Of a DNA stretch of 25,298 nt, positions 17,373 to 24,898 are shown piece by piece (position 1 is the first letter of the stretch; each line of letters opens with the position of its first letter). Below the pieces are notes generated by a model. That model was not told where the DNA came from, searched no databases, and worked only from the letters and a program-made list of their open reading frames with translations. The DNA is from Lysobacteraceae bacterium. GTDB taxonomy: Bacteria; Pseudomonadota; Gammaproteobacteria; Xanthomonadales; Xanthomonadaceae. The stretch spans positions 1 through 25,298 of the forward strand of contig JBDSVN010000017.1 in NCBI GenBank assembly GCA_039927175.1. Direction: 5' to 3'. A program made the translations under genes and the position numbers.

Positions 17373-17575
17373 GTACGACCGCGTACTTGCTCTGGGGCGT
17401 ACTCTTCGGCTCGATCGGGTTCGGCTATTTCCTGTATGGCAAGAAGCGGCCCAACATCGTGGCGCTGGTGTGCGGACTCGTACTGATGGTCTATCCGTAC
17501 TTTGTCAGCAGCACATGGGCGATTGTCATCATCGGCGCGGTGTTGATGGCAATTCCATATTTTGTCCGACTGTAG
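17369..17575 (+). CDS. Small membrane protein (68 aa), similar to those often labelled 'amino acid transport protein'; function unknown
   Basis: ATGA overlap with the ybhB-like stop. MSTTAYLLWGVLFGSIGFGYFLYGKKRPNIVALVCGLVLMVYPYFVSSTWAIVIIGAVLMAIPYFVRL has three hydrophobic segments. Confidence 0.8.
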   Translation: MSTTAYLLWGVLFGSIGFGYFLYGKKRPNIVALVCGLVLMVYPYFVSSTWAIVIIGAVLMAIPYFVRL

Positions 17576-17577
17576 CG

Positions 17578-17620
17578 TGCGCTGCGCGCACGAGATCGGT
17601 GCGGCCGTGCGCGCAGCGCA
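17578..17620. repeat. Perfect 15-bp inverted repeat between convergent genes (bidirectional terminator or REP-like element)
   Basis: TGCGCTGCGCGCACG (17578-17592) and CGTGCGCGCAGCGCA (17606-17620) with a 13-nt loop. It fills most of the 47-nt gap between the small membrane gene and uppP. Confidence 0.8.
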
Positions 17621-17622
17621 AA

Positions 17623-18414
17623 TTACGCCGGCATCCACACCAGCAGCGCAATACCCAGCGCCATCCGGTAGATCGCAAATGGCGTAAAGCGGTGCGTGCG
17701 GATGTAGCCGAGCAGCCATTTCACCGCGATGAAGGCGACCACCAGCGAGACCACGAAGCCGACCGCGAGCGCAGTCCAATCTTCATGCGCTGTGCCGCCG
17801 CCCTTCACAACCTTGAGCAGTTCGTAGCCGGTGGCCGCGTACATCGTCGGGATGCCGACCAGGAAAGCGAATTCCGTCGCCGCCGCGCGGTTGCTGGTGC
17901 CGACGAGCATTGCGGTGAAAATCGTCGCCGCCGAGCGCGAGGTGCCGGGAAAGATCCCGGCGATCATCTGCGTGATGCCGACAAGAATTGCCACTGGCCA
18001 CGTCACTGCCGTGCGATCGGGCTGCTTGGCCGCGAGTTGTTCGGCAGCGAGCATCCAGATGCCGCCGATCAGCAGTGCCCAGGCGATCGGTTTGATTTCC
18101 TCGGGCAACTTGAAGCCGTGCTTCACCGCGATCAATCCCAACACAGCGGTGATGCCGAATGCCACTGCCAGCTTGAACAGGTAATCGCGATTGGCCGGGT
18201 CGCGCCATTGCGTCAACAGTTGCCAGATTCGCGTCCAGTAGATCAGCGTCACTGCCAGGATCGCGCCGGCCTGGATGCCGATGTTGAACAAGTCCGAGCG
18301 TGCGCCAAGGCCGAGTTTTTCGGCGATCAGCAAATGCCCGGTACTGGAAATCGGCAGGAATTCGGTAACGCCCTCGATGATGCCGAGGATGACGACATTG
18401 ATCAGATCATGCAT
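17623..18414 (-). CDS. uppP: Undecaprenyl-diphosphate phosphatase
   Basis: MHDLINVVILGIIEGVTEFLPISSTGHLL (BacA motif 1), IQAGAILAV, and IFPGTSRSAATI (motif 2, PGxSRSxxT). Polytopic, 263 aa from ATG 18414. Confidence 0.96.
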   Translation of the reverse strand: MHDLINVVILGIIEGVTEFLPISSTGHLLIAEKLGLGARSDLFNIGIQAGAILAVTLIYWTRIWQLLTQWRDPANRDYLFKLAVAFGITAVLGLIAVKHGFKLPEEIKPIAWALLIGGIWMLAAEQLAAKQPDRTAVTWPVAILVGITQMIAGIFPGTSRSAATIFTAMLVGTSNRAAATEFAFLVGIPTMYAATGYELLKVVKGGGTAHEDWTALAVGFVVSLVVAFIAVKWLLGYIRTHRFTPFAIYRMALGIALLVWMPA

Positions 18415-18521
18415 GGATTCAGCCCAGGCCAAAGCGCAGCAAGTGTACGCGGTTGTGGGTGCCTGCCGAATGCTCGAAGAAGCCAGGATGCAATGTTGCG
18501 CATGCGTCGTAGAATCCTTGC

Positions 18522-19133
18522 TTGATCCAGTCGGGGCAGACGCAGTTGAAAAAGGTATTGAATGTCGGTGGCGACAATAAAACCATCCCCCTGCCACCGC
18601 ATTTCGATGGCTTCGAGCACGTGCTGCTCGACATCGACCCGAGTGGAAATCCGGACGTGGTTTGCGACGCGCGTGAGCTGATGACGCTTGAGGCTGGGCA
18701 GTTCGATGCGATCTATTGTTCGCATAACCTCGAACACTATTACCGGCATGACGTACCCAAGGTGTTGGCTGGCTTCCTGCATGTCCTCAAGAACACCGGC
18801 TTTGCGCATATCCGCGTGCCCGATATCGAATCCGTGATGCGCTCTGTCATCGATCGCGGACTGGATATCGATGACGCCTTGTACAGTTCTCCTGCAGGGC
18901 CGATCAAGGTGCTTGATGTGTTGTACGGTTATGGAGTCGAGATCGAAGCGAGTGGACAGGATTTTTACGCCCACAAGACCGGCTTCACCCAGAAATCGCT
19001 CGCGCAAGCGTTGCAACGCGCTGGCTTTTCAAGAAGTTACAGCATGACGGGCAACTTTGAGGTGAGTGCCCTGGCATTCAAGAATCCGCCTGACGAAGCC
19101 ATGCGTGCAACATTCGGGTTGCCCGCCGACTGA
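18522..19133 (+). CDS. Class I SAM-dependent methyltransferase (Methyltransf_11-like)
   Basis: KVLNVGG (motif I), VLLDID, DVVCDAR and FDAIYCSHNLEHY...LHVLK..GFAHIRVPD. The TTG start is uncertain (18522 or 18546). Confidence 0.8.
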   Translation: MIQSGQTQLKKVLNVGGDNKTIPLPPHFDGFEHVLLDIDPSGNPDVVCDARELMTLEAGQFDAIYCSHNLEHYYRHDVPKVLAGFLHVLKNTGFAHIRVPDIESVMRSVIDRGLDIDDALYSSPAGPIKVLDVLYGYGVEIEASGQDFYAHKTGFTQKSLAQALQRAGFSRSYSMTGNFEVSALAFKNPPDEAMRATFGLPAD

Positions 19134-19290
19134 CGGTTCCGGATGCTTTTCGGCAGCTCAGGGCGACGGTTTGCACGAAATTCCGGTCGCGAACAAGCGC
19201 GTCCAGTCCGCAGAGAAGAGAGCCGCGGTTCGGCGAGATCTGGCGGAGCAAGCGCCACGTTGAATTACTCGTCCGCTATGGGAATAATCC

Positions 19291-19530
19291 ATGATGGAAA
19301 ATTTTCACGGCGCTGGCTATCCAAAACTCGTCAAGGGATTCGAAGGTGGATCGGTGAGTACCGCCGAACGAGACGGCAACTATCTGGTCATCATCAATCA
19401 GGTCGCACTGCTCGATATGCTGGATCCCGAAGACCGCGAAGGCATGGAGGGCATCGCCACCCATGCATTCGCTTCGACATCCGAAAGGGACGACTACTTG
19501 CGCATGCGCGGCTGGCTTGGTGGGCCCTGA
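19291..19530 (+). CDS. Hypothetical small acidic protein (79 aa)
   Basis: Protein-like composition, unlike the R/A/P-rich shadow ORFs (MENFHGAGYPKLVKGFEGGSVSTAERDGNYLVIINQVALLDMLDPEDREG...). It occupies otherwise empty space and has the same orientation as its neighbours. Confidence 0.6.
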   Translation: MMENFHGAGYPKLVKGFEGGSVSTAERDGNYLVIINQVALLDMLDPEDREGMEGIATHAFASTSERDDYLRMRGWLGGP

Positions 19531-19647
19531 ATATTCAATTCAGCGGACCCGCCGACGACACGCTGCATGTTTTATGAGATGGATCGATGCGCCACGCCGT
19601 CAAATGATTGCCACGCGTATCGGTTTGTACAAACGGTCTGATGGTCC

Positions 19648-19857
19648 ATGATGACAATTCTGATTGCCATTTTTGCAGGTGCGTTTTGCATCGTGGCCGC
19701 ATTCCTGGATTGGGACTGGTTCTTCAACAACTGGCGGGCGAGATTGTTCGTGAACCTGTTTGGCCGCAATGGCGCTCGCGTCGTGTACGCGCTGATGGGT
19801 GTCGGATTGATCGTTGTCGGAATGGCACTGAAAGCGGCACACCTCGCCGTCAGGTAA
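19648..19857 (+). CDS. Immunity protein 17 (Imm17)-like small membrane protein
   Basis: Two hydrophobic helices flanking a WxW motif (FLDWDWFF) and LFGRNGARVVY, matching the described Imm17 hallmarks (two TMs, WxW, conserved Arg). 69 aa. Confidence 0.75.
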   Translation: MMTILIAIFAGAFCIVAAFLDWDWFFNNWRARLFVNLFGRNGARVVYALMGVGLIVVGMALKAAHLAVR

Positions 19858-19932
19858 CCGGGTTTGGTAATCCGTCCACGCCGGATAGCGGCCAACGGCA
19901 GCGACTGTGCATTGCTGGAACGATACCCACTA

Positions 19933-19980
19933 TTCACCAATTTCGCGCAAATGCTTTTACAAAAGCACCAAATTAGCGCG
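19933..19980. promoter_or_regulatory. Pair of NtrC-like enhancer sites upstream of glnA
   Basis: TTCACCAATTTCGCGCA (19933-19949) matches 11/14 and AGCACCAAATTAGCGCG (19964-19980) matches 10/14 defined positions of TGCACCA-N3-TGGTGCA. They are 31 bp apart (about three helical turns), roughly 60-110 bp upstream of the -24 box. Confidence 0.6.
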
Positions 19981-20013
19981 TTATTTAAACCCGTATTGAT
20001 TGCCATCCTTTAA

Positions 20014-20026
20014 AATCAACAGTTTG
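20014..20026 (+). promoter_or_regulatory. IHF-binding site between the enhancer and the sigma54 promoter
   Basis: AATCAACAGTTTG is an exact match to WATCAANNNNTTR, preceded by an AT-rich tract (19981-20013). Confidence 0.65.
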
Positions 20027-20039
20027 CCATCGCGAAAAG

Positions 20040-20056
20040 CTGGCACGCCACTTGCT
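20040..20056 (+). promoter_or_regulatory. Sigma54 (-24/-12) promoter of glnA
   Basis: CTGGCACGCCACTTGCT matches TGGCAC-N5-TTGCW, with GG (20042-43) and GC (20054-55) separated by 10 nt, 36 nt upstream of the glnA ATG. Confidence 0.9.
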
Positions 20057-20092
20057 CTGACTGGTTCATCCCAACCCCAGCCGGAGCGCGCC

Positions 20093-21502
20093 ATGTCGTA
20101 TGAACACGTCGAAAAACTGATCAAGGACCACGCCGTTGAATGGGTGGACCTGCGTTTCGCCGACATGCGCGGCGTGCAGCACCACGTGACCTTCCCGGTG
20201 AGCATCGTCGAGCCGGCGTTGTTCGAAGACGGCCGCATGTTCGACGGCTCGTCGATCTCCGGCTGGCGCGGTATCAACGAATCCGACATGGTCTTGTTGC
20301 CCGATGCGGATTCGGCCGTGATCGATCCGTTTACCAACGACTCGACCATCATCCTGGTCTGTGACGTGCTCGATCCGGTGACGATGCAGGCGTATTCGCG
20401 CTGCCCGCGTTCGCTCGCCAAGCGCGCCGAAGCGTTCGTGAAATCCAGCGGTATCGCCGAGCAGGCGTTCTTCGGGCCCGAACCCGAGTTCTTCATCTTC
20501 GATTCGGTGCGCTGGAACAACGAGATGGGCCACACCTTCTTCGAGGTCGAATCCGAAGAGGCGCACTGGAATTCGAAGAAGGAATACGAGGGCGGCAATA
20601 GCGGCTATCGTCCGGGCCTGAAAGGCGGCTACTTCCCGGTCGCGCCGGTGGATTCGCTGCACGACATCCGCGCCGAAATGTGCAAAGAGTTGACCGCAGC
20701 CGGCATCGAAGTCGAAGTGCACCATCACGAAGTTGCCAATGCCGGCCAGTGCGAGATCGGCACCAAGTTCAACTCGCTGGTGAAGAAGGCCGACGAGTTG
20801 TTCACGATGAAATACATCGTCAAGAACGTCGCCTTCCGCAATGGCAAGACCGCCACCTTCATGCCGAAACCGCTCGTTGGCGACAACGGCAGCGGCATGC
20901 ACGTGCACCAGTCGCTGGCCAAGGGCGGCGTCAACCTGTTCACCGGCGACGGCTACGGCGGCCTGTCGCAGATGGCGCTGTGGTACATCGGCGGCATCTT
21001 CAAGCACGCCCGCGCGATCAACGCGTTCGCCAACTCGACGACCAATTCGTACAAGCGGCTGGTGCCGGGCTACGAAGCACCGGTGATGCTGGCGTACTCC
21101 GCGCGCAACCGCTCGGCGAGCTGTCGCATTCCGTTCGTGAGCAACCCGAAAGCGCGACGCATCGAAGTGCGCTTCCCCGACCCAATGAACTCCGGCTACC
21201 TGATTTTCGCCGCGCTGTTGATGGCTGGCCTCGATGGCATCAAGAACCAGATCGACCCGGGTGAGCCGATGGACAAGGATCTCTACGACCTGCCACCGGA
21301 AGAGGCGAAGAGCATCCCGACCGTCTGCCATTCGCTCGACCAGGCGCTCGAAGCGCTCGACGCCGACCGTGAATTCCTCAAGGCCGGCGGCGTGTTCACC
21401 GATGACTTCATCAACAGCTACATCGATCTGAAGATGGGCGAGGTGACCAAGTTCCGTGCGGCGACGCATCCGCTCGAGTACCAGATGTACTACGCGATCT
21501 AG
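20093..21502 (+). CDS. glnA: Glutamine synthetase type I
   Basis: ATG 20093 with RBS GGAG, 469 aa. Motifs [93 protein letters not shown], adenylylation region [11 protein letters not shown] and C-terminal HPLEYQMYY. Confidence 0.99.
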   Translation: MSYEHVEKLIKDHAVEWVDLRFADMRGVQHHVTFPVSIVEPALFEDGRMFDGSSISGWRGINESDMVLLPDADSAVIDPFTNDSTIILVCDVLDPVTMQAYSRCPRSLAKRAEAFVKSSGIAEQAFFGPEPEFFIFDSVRWNNEMGHTFFEVESEEAHWNSKKEYEGGNSGYRPGLKGGYFPVAPVDSLHDIRAEMCKELTAAGIEVEVHHHEVANAGQCEIGTKFNSLVKKADELFTMKYIVKNVAFRNGKTATFMPKPLVGDNGSGMHVHQSLAKGGVNLFTGDGYGGLSQMALWYIGGIFKHARAINAFANSTTNSYKRLVPGYEAPVMLAYSARNRSASCRIPFVSNPKARRIEVRFPDPMNSGYLIFAALLMAGLDGIKNQIDPGEPMDKDLYDLPPEEAKSIPTVCHSLDQALEALDADREFLKAGGVFTDDFINSYIDLKMGEVTKFRAATHPLEYQMYYAI

Positions 21503-21611
21503 TAAGTCTGTCGAAGCTGTCGATGCGACCGCTTCGGAACAACACACCTGCCAGGATCTGCGATGTCACGCGCCTCGCGTCGCGTTAAATCCCACCTGCG
21601 AGGTGGGCCCG

Positions 21612-21665
21612 AAAGCTCTGCTGGAGCCTTGAAGTTCAAGACTTCAACCAGCAGGGCTTTTGTGT
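21612..21665 (+). terminator. Rho-independent terminator-like long hairpin downstream of glnA
   Basis: AAAGCTCTGCTGG (21612-24) pairs with CCAGCAGGGCTTT (21648-60, one G.U). TTGAAGT (21629-35) pairs with ACTTCAA (21641-47), with a 4-nt bulge and 5-nt loop. It runs into TTTTGTGT. Confidence 0.7.
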
Positions 21666-21778
21666 GTGCAAGAAATGTTCGTCAGGATTCGTCACCAACG
21701 CGAATCAGCATCACACCCCATTCACCACCCATGGATTGGACTAGCCACCCTTGTACATCGGTGGATTGAAAAATCGGT

Positions 21779-22525
21779 ATGTGCAATTCGGTCTTGATCA
21801 CTGGTGCCAGCGGGGGCGTGGCTCGGACGCTGGCGGTGCGACTGCGTGATCGAGGCTGGCAGATCGTGCTTGCAGGTCGCGATGCAGAGCGCATTGACGC
21901 GCAAGCAGGGGATGCCGTTGTCGTAGCGGACGTCAGCACATGCTCCGGCGCCGAACACGCTATGGCGATGGCAACCCAGGCTCTCGGTCATGCACCATCC
22001 ACGTTGGCCCATTGCGTGGGCAGCACATTGATTGCGCCGATCGCACGCACCGACGAAAACGCATGGCGTGGCGTGATGGCTGCAAATCTCGATAGCGCTT
22101 TTTTCATGCTCAAGGCTTGGCTCGCGGGTCTGGCGAAGGATCGTAGTGCTGGCGCAGCCGTGTTGTTCAGTTCGGTTGTTGCCGGTACTGGAACGCCGAA
22201 CCATGCGGCGATCGCCGCTGCGAAGGCCGGAGTAGAGGCATTGGTACGATCGCTTGCGGCCGATGTATCTGGTTCTGGCGTGCGAATGAATGTCATCGCG
22301 CCGGGTCTGCTGCGCACGCCCATGTCGGCGCGACCGCTGGGGAACGAACGCAGTGCCAGCCAAGCAGGCGCGCAATATCCGCTCGGTCGTTTTGGCGAGG
22401 CAGACGAGGCCGCTGCTCTGGCCGAATACCTGCTGTCCGATGCTTCGGCCTGGATGACCGGGCAGACAATCAAACTGGATGGCGGATTTTCGGCGGTACG
22501 GCCGATGGTTCGTTTACCGGCCTGA
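21779..22525 (+). CDS. Short-chain dehydrogenase/reductase (atypical, catalytic Tyr absent)
   Basis: VLITGASGG (Rossmann), LFSSV, HAAIAAAK in place of YxxxK, RMNVIAPGLLRTP, PLGRFGEADE and MTGQTIKLDGG. Confidence 0.92.
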   Translation: MCNSVLITGASGGVARTLAVRLRDRGWQIVLAGRDAERIDAQAGDAVVVADVSTCSGAEHAMAMATQALGHAPSTLAHCVGSTLIAPIARTDENAWRGVMAANLDSAFFMLKAWLAGLAKDRSAGAAVLFSSVVAGTGTPNHAAIAAAKAGVEALVRSLAADVSGSGVRMNVIAPGLLRTPMSARPLGNERSASQAGAQYPLGRFGEADEAAALAEYLLSDASAWMTGQTIKLDGGFSAVRPMVRLPA

Positions 22526-22570
22526 CCGCAATCATCCCCATCGTGTCAGCTTATTTCACAGGACATAGCC

Positions 22571-23227
22571 GTGTTCAAATCCTACGTAGCGAACTCCCCG
22601 CACGTCACGCGAAAGCGCATCCTGATTTTGCTGTTACTGATGACAGGACAACTCACGAGCACGGCCATGGCCGTTGAAGAACCGACCTTCACGCGAGTGC
22701 TTCAACAAGGCGACTTCGAAATTCGCGACTACCCCGAATTGGTGGTCGCCGAAGTCACCGTGCCGGGTGCGCAGAAGGCTGCCGCAAGCAGCGGATTCCG
22801 ATTGCTCGCCGGCTACATCTTCGGAGGCAACAAACCGCTGCAACGCATCGCGATGACCGCACCGGTGACTCAATCGCCGACTACGGGTACGAACATCGCC
22901 ATGACCGCGCCAGTCACCCAAACCGAAAATAACGGTGGCTGGGTAGTGCAATTCACCATGCCCCACGGCTACACGCTGCAAACGCTGCCTGAACCGGACG
23001 ACCGTCGGGTGCGGTTACGAGCGATCCCGCCTGCACGCTTTGCCGTGTTGCGATTCTCCGGCATCGCCAAGCCGGAAGACGTCAGCAAGCGAATGGCCGA
23101 ACTCGCTTCCTGGGCAACCACACAACATTTGCACCAGACCGGGCGGATGTCGCTGGCGCAGTACAACCCGCCATGGACGCCTTGGTTCATGCGTCGCAAT
23201 GAGGTGATGGTTCCCATCGAAAAATGA
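22571..23227 (+). CDS. SOUL heme-binding family protein, probably exported
   Basis: VEEP.F.....GDFEIRDYP, GFRLLAGYIFGGN, IAMTAPV (twice), VQFTMP, FAVLRFSG and QYNPPWTPWFMRRNEVM. GTG start with AGGA RBS and a signal-like N-terminus. Confidence 0.92.
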   Translation: MFKSYVANSPHVTRKRILILLLLMTGQLTSTAMAVEEPTFTRVLQQGDFEIRDYPELVVAEVTVPGAQKAAASSGFRLLAGYIFGGNKPLQRIAMTAPVTQSPTTGTNIAMTAPVTQTENNGGWVVQFTMPHGYTLQTLPEPDDRRVRLRAIPPARFAVLRFSGIAKPEDVSKRMAELASWATTQHLHQTGRMSLAQYNPPWTPWFMRRNEVMVPIEK

Positions 23228-23499
23228 GCGCCAGGGCTCGTGGCGGAACGCATCTACTGGCGCTGGTTGAATCTGATCTGTGTGCCGGTCAACGTTGACC
23301 ATTCGCGTTAGCTGTGACCGTCGCCATCCGAGTTGGACGTCCCAGCCTGGGCGACTTTTCTCGTCGATTCGAATCACGGATCATTGCCTGACGGCTTGAT
23401 GGTCGCGAACAGCTTCCGCCGAGGCTTCATGGCTTCGCATCCCCGAAAGTTGCGCGATCAAGCTGACCCGCGCGGCAGGCGCACCAGGACCAAGAGTCT

Positions 23500-24684
23500 A
23501 TGAAGGTAGCAATCAATGGAGCCGGCATCGCCGGAACGGCTCTCGCCTACTGGCTGGGAAGGCAGGGGCACGAGGTGTTGCTGGTGGAGAATGCGCCCGA
23601 ACTGCGTAGCGGCGGGTTCGTGCTCAATCTCTGGGGCATCGGCTACGACGCAGTGGAAAGGATGGGCCTGCTCCCAAAGCTGCTGGCTCTGCAGCACCAC
23701 TCAGACGAGCTTCGCATGGTGGATCGCCAGGGCCGAACCCGCGGCGGGTACCCCTCGAATGTGCTGTTGACGCTCGCCAAAGGACGCATGGCCACGCTGG
23801 CGCGATCCGACATCGCCGCAGCCATCTATGGTTCGTTGGATGGCTCGGTGGAAACGCTATTCAGCGATAGCGTCAGCGCGATCAACGACGACGGAACGCG
23901 GGTACGGGTCGAGTTCGAGCATTCGGCGCAGCGGGAAGTCGACCTCGTGATTGGCGCTGACGGTCTGCACTCGCGCGTTCGCCAACTTGTCTTCGGACCC
24001 GACGCAAATTTTGAATATCCGATGGGTTGCCACGTCGCTTCGTTCGAGGTCGCCGGCTATCGACCTCGCAACGGTAACGCGTATGTGGCGCACACAGCGC
24101 CGGGCAGGTATGTGGCGCGTTTCCCGTTGCGCGACGATCGGATGCTTTTCTTCGTTTTGCTGCGCGACGAGTACCTCAACGGGCGAACTCCCGCCAACAA
24201 TGTCGAGCGCAAGGCAGCATTGACCCATGCGCTGGCCGACATCGGCTGGGAATCCGCCGCCATCGTGTCGGCAGTCGATCGGGTGGACGACATTTATTTC
24301 GACAGCATCAGCCAGATCCGCATGGATGCCTGGTCCAAGGGCAAGGTGGCACTGATCGGAGACGCCGCGGCCTGCCCTTCGCTCATCGCGGGAGAAGGTG
24401 CGGGCTTCGCGCTGGCGCAGGCCTACGTACTTGCTGGCGAATTGCATCGGCATGGTGGCGACACCGAGGCGGCAATGACCCAGTACCAGAGGCGCCTGAA
24501 GGCGGTCGTCGCCCGCAAACAGAAGCAAGTGGAAAGCCTGGTGGCTTCGTTTGTCCCGAGAACAGAGCAAGGCGTGCGCATTCGCGACTACGCCACCCTT
24601 TTGATGCGCCTCCCGGTCTTCCCGAAAATCCTGATGGGGCGCTACTTTCGTGATGAGACGGCGTTGCCGGAGTACGGGATCTGA
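23500..24684 (+). CDS. FAD-dependent monooxygenase/oxidoreductase (FAD_binding_3 family)
   Basis: KVAINGAGIAG (GxGxxG), DLVIGADGLHSRVR (DG motif) and VALIGDAA..PS.IAGEGAG (GD motif); 394 aa. Confidence 0.93.
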   Translation: MKVAINGAGIAGTALAYWLGRQGHEVLLVENAPELRSGGFVLNLWGIGYDAVERMGLLPKLLALQHHSDELRMVDRQGRTRGGYPSNVLLTLAKGRMATLARSDIAAAIYGSLDGSVETLFSDSVSAINDDGTRVRVEFEHSAQREVDLVIGADGLHSRVRQLVFGPDANFEYPMGCHVASFEVAGYRPRNGNAYVAHTAPGRYVARFPLRDDRMLFFVLLRDEYLNGRTPANNVERKAALTHALADIGWESAAIVSAVDRVDDIYFDSISQIRMDAWSKGKVALIGDAAACPSLIAGEGAGFALAQAYVLAGELHRHGGDTEAAMTQYQRRLKAVVARKQKQVESLVASFVPRTEQGVRIRDYATLLMRLPVFPKILMGRYFRDETALPEYGI

Positions 24685-24898
24685 TGCTTATCGGGTTGCT
24701 TTTAACCCAGGGCTTGGCGGAAGGTGCTTCGTGGGCGTGGCTTCCGCGCGCCAGCGGGAGTCGATATCCGCTTCTGGCCGCACCACGATTGACACAGTGC
24801 GACCCATTTCAGCCGGTCGCGAGCGGCAGCTTTGCCACAGTTCGATGGAGCCGTCGGGCGATCACTTTCAGGGAGAGCCATCCAGTGATTGTCGTCAA

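Noticed and set aside
18510-18524. TAGAAT -10-like hexamer 6 nt before TTG 18522 (leaderless transcript idea)
   Set aside because: Leaderless TTG starts are rare, no -35 box is evident, and the start codon itself is uncertain.
19463-19651. 62-aa ORF whose stop overlaps the Imm17-like start (possible toxin C-terminal remnant)
   Set aside because: Any ATGA creates such an overlap, the ORF overlaps the 79-aa gene, and I see no toxin-like motif.
20066-21547. 493-aa antisense ORF over glnA, and similar long antisense ORFs (429-1598, 2087-3127, 8527-10053, 11453-12598, 17470-18525)
   Set aside because: These are shadow ORFs caused by high-GC codon bias on the coding strand, with no recognisable motifs.
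22847-22921. Tandem duplication IAMTAPVTQ in the SOUL protein
   Set aside because: Real, but to my knowledge a repeated IAMTAPV is common in bacterial SOUL proteins, so it is not novel.
23240-23311. 23-codon ORF VAERIYWRWLNLICVPVNVDHSR in the same frame just after the SOUL stop
   Set aside because: Too short with a weak RBS; it cannot be distinguished from chance without Ribo-seq or conservation data.
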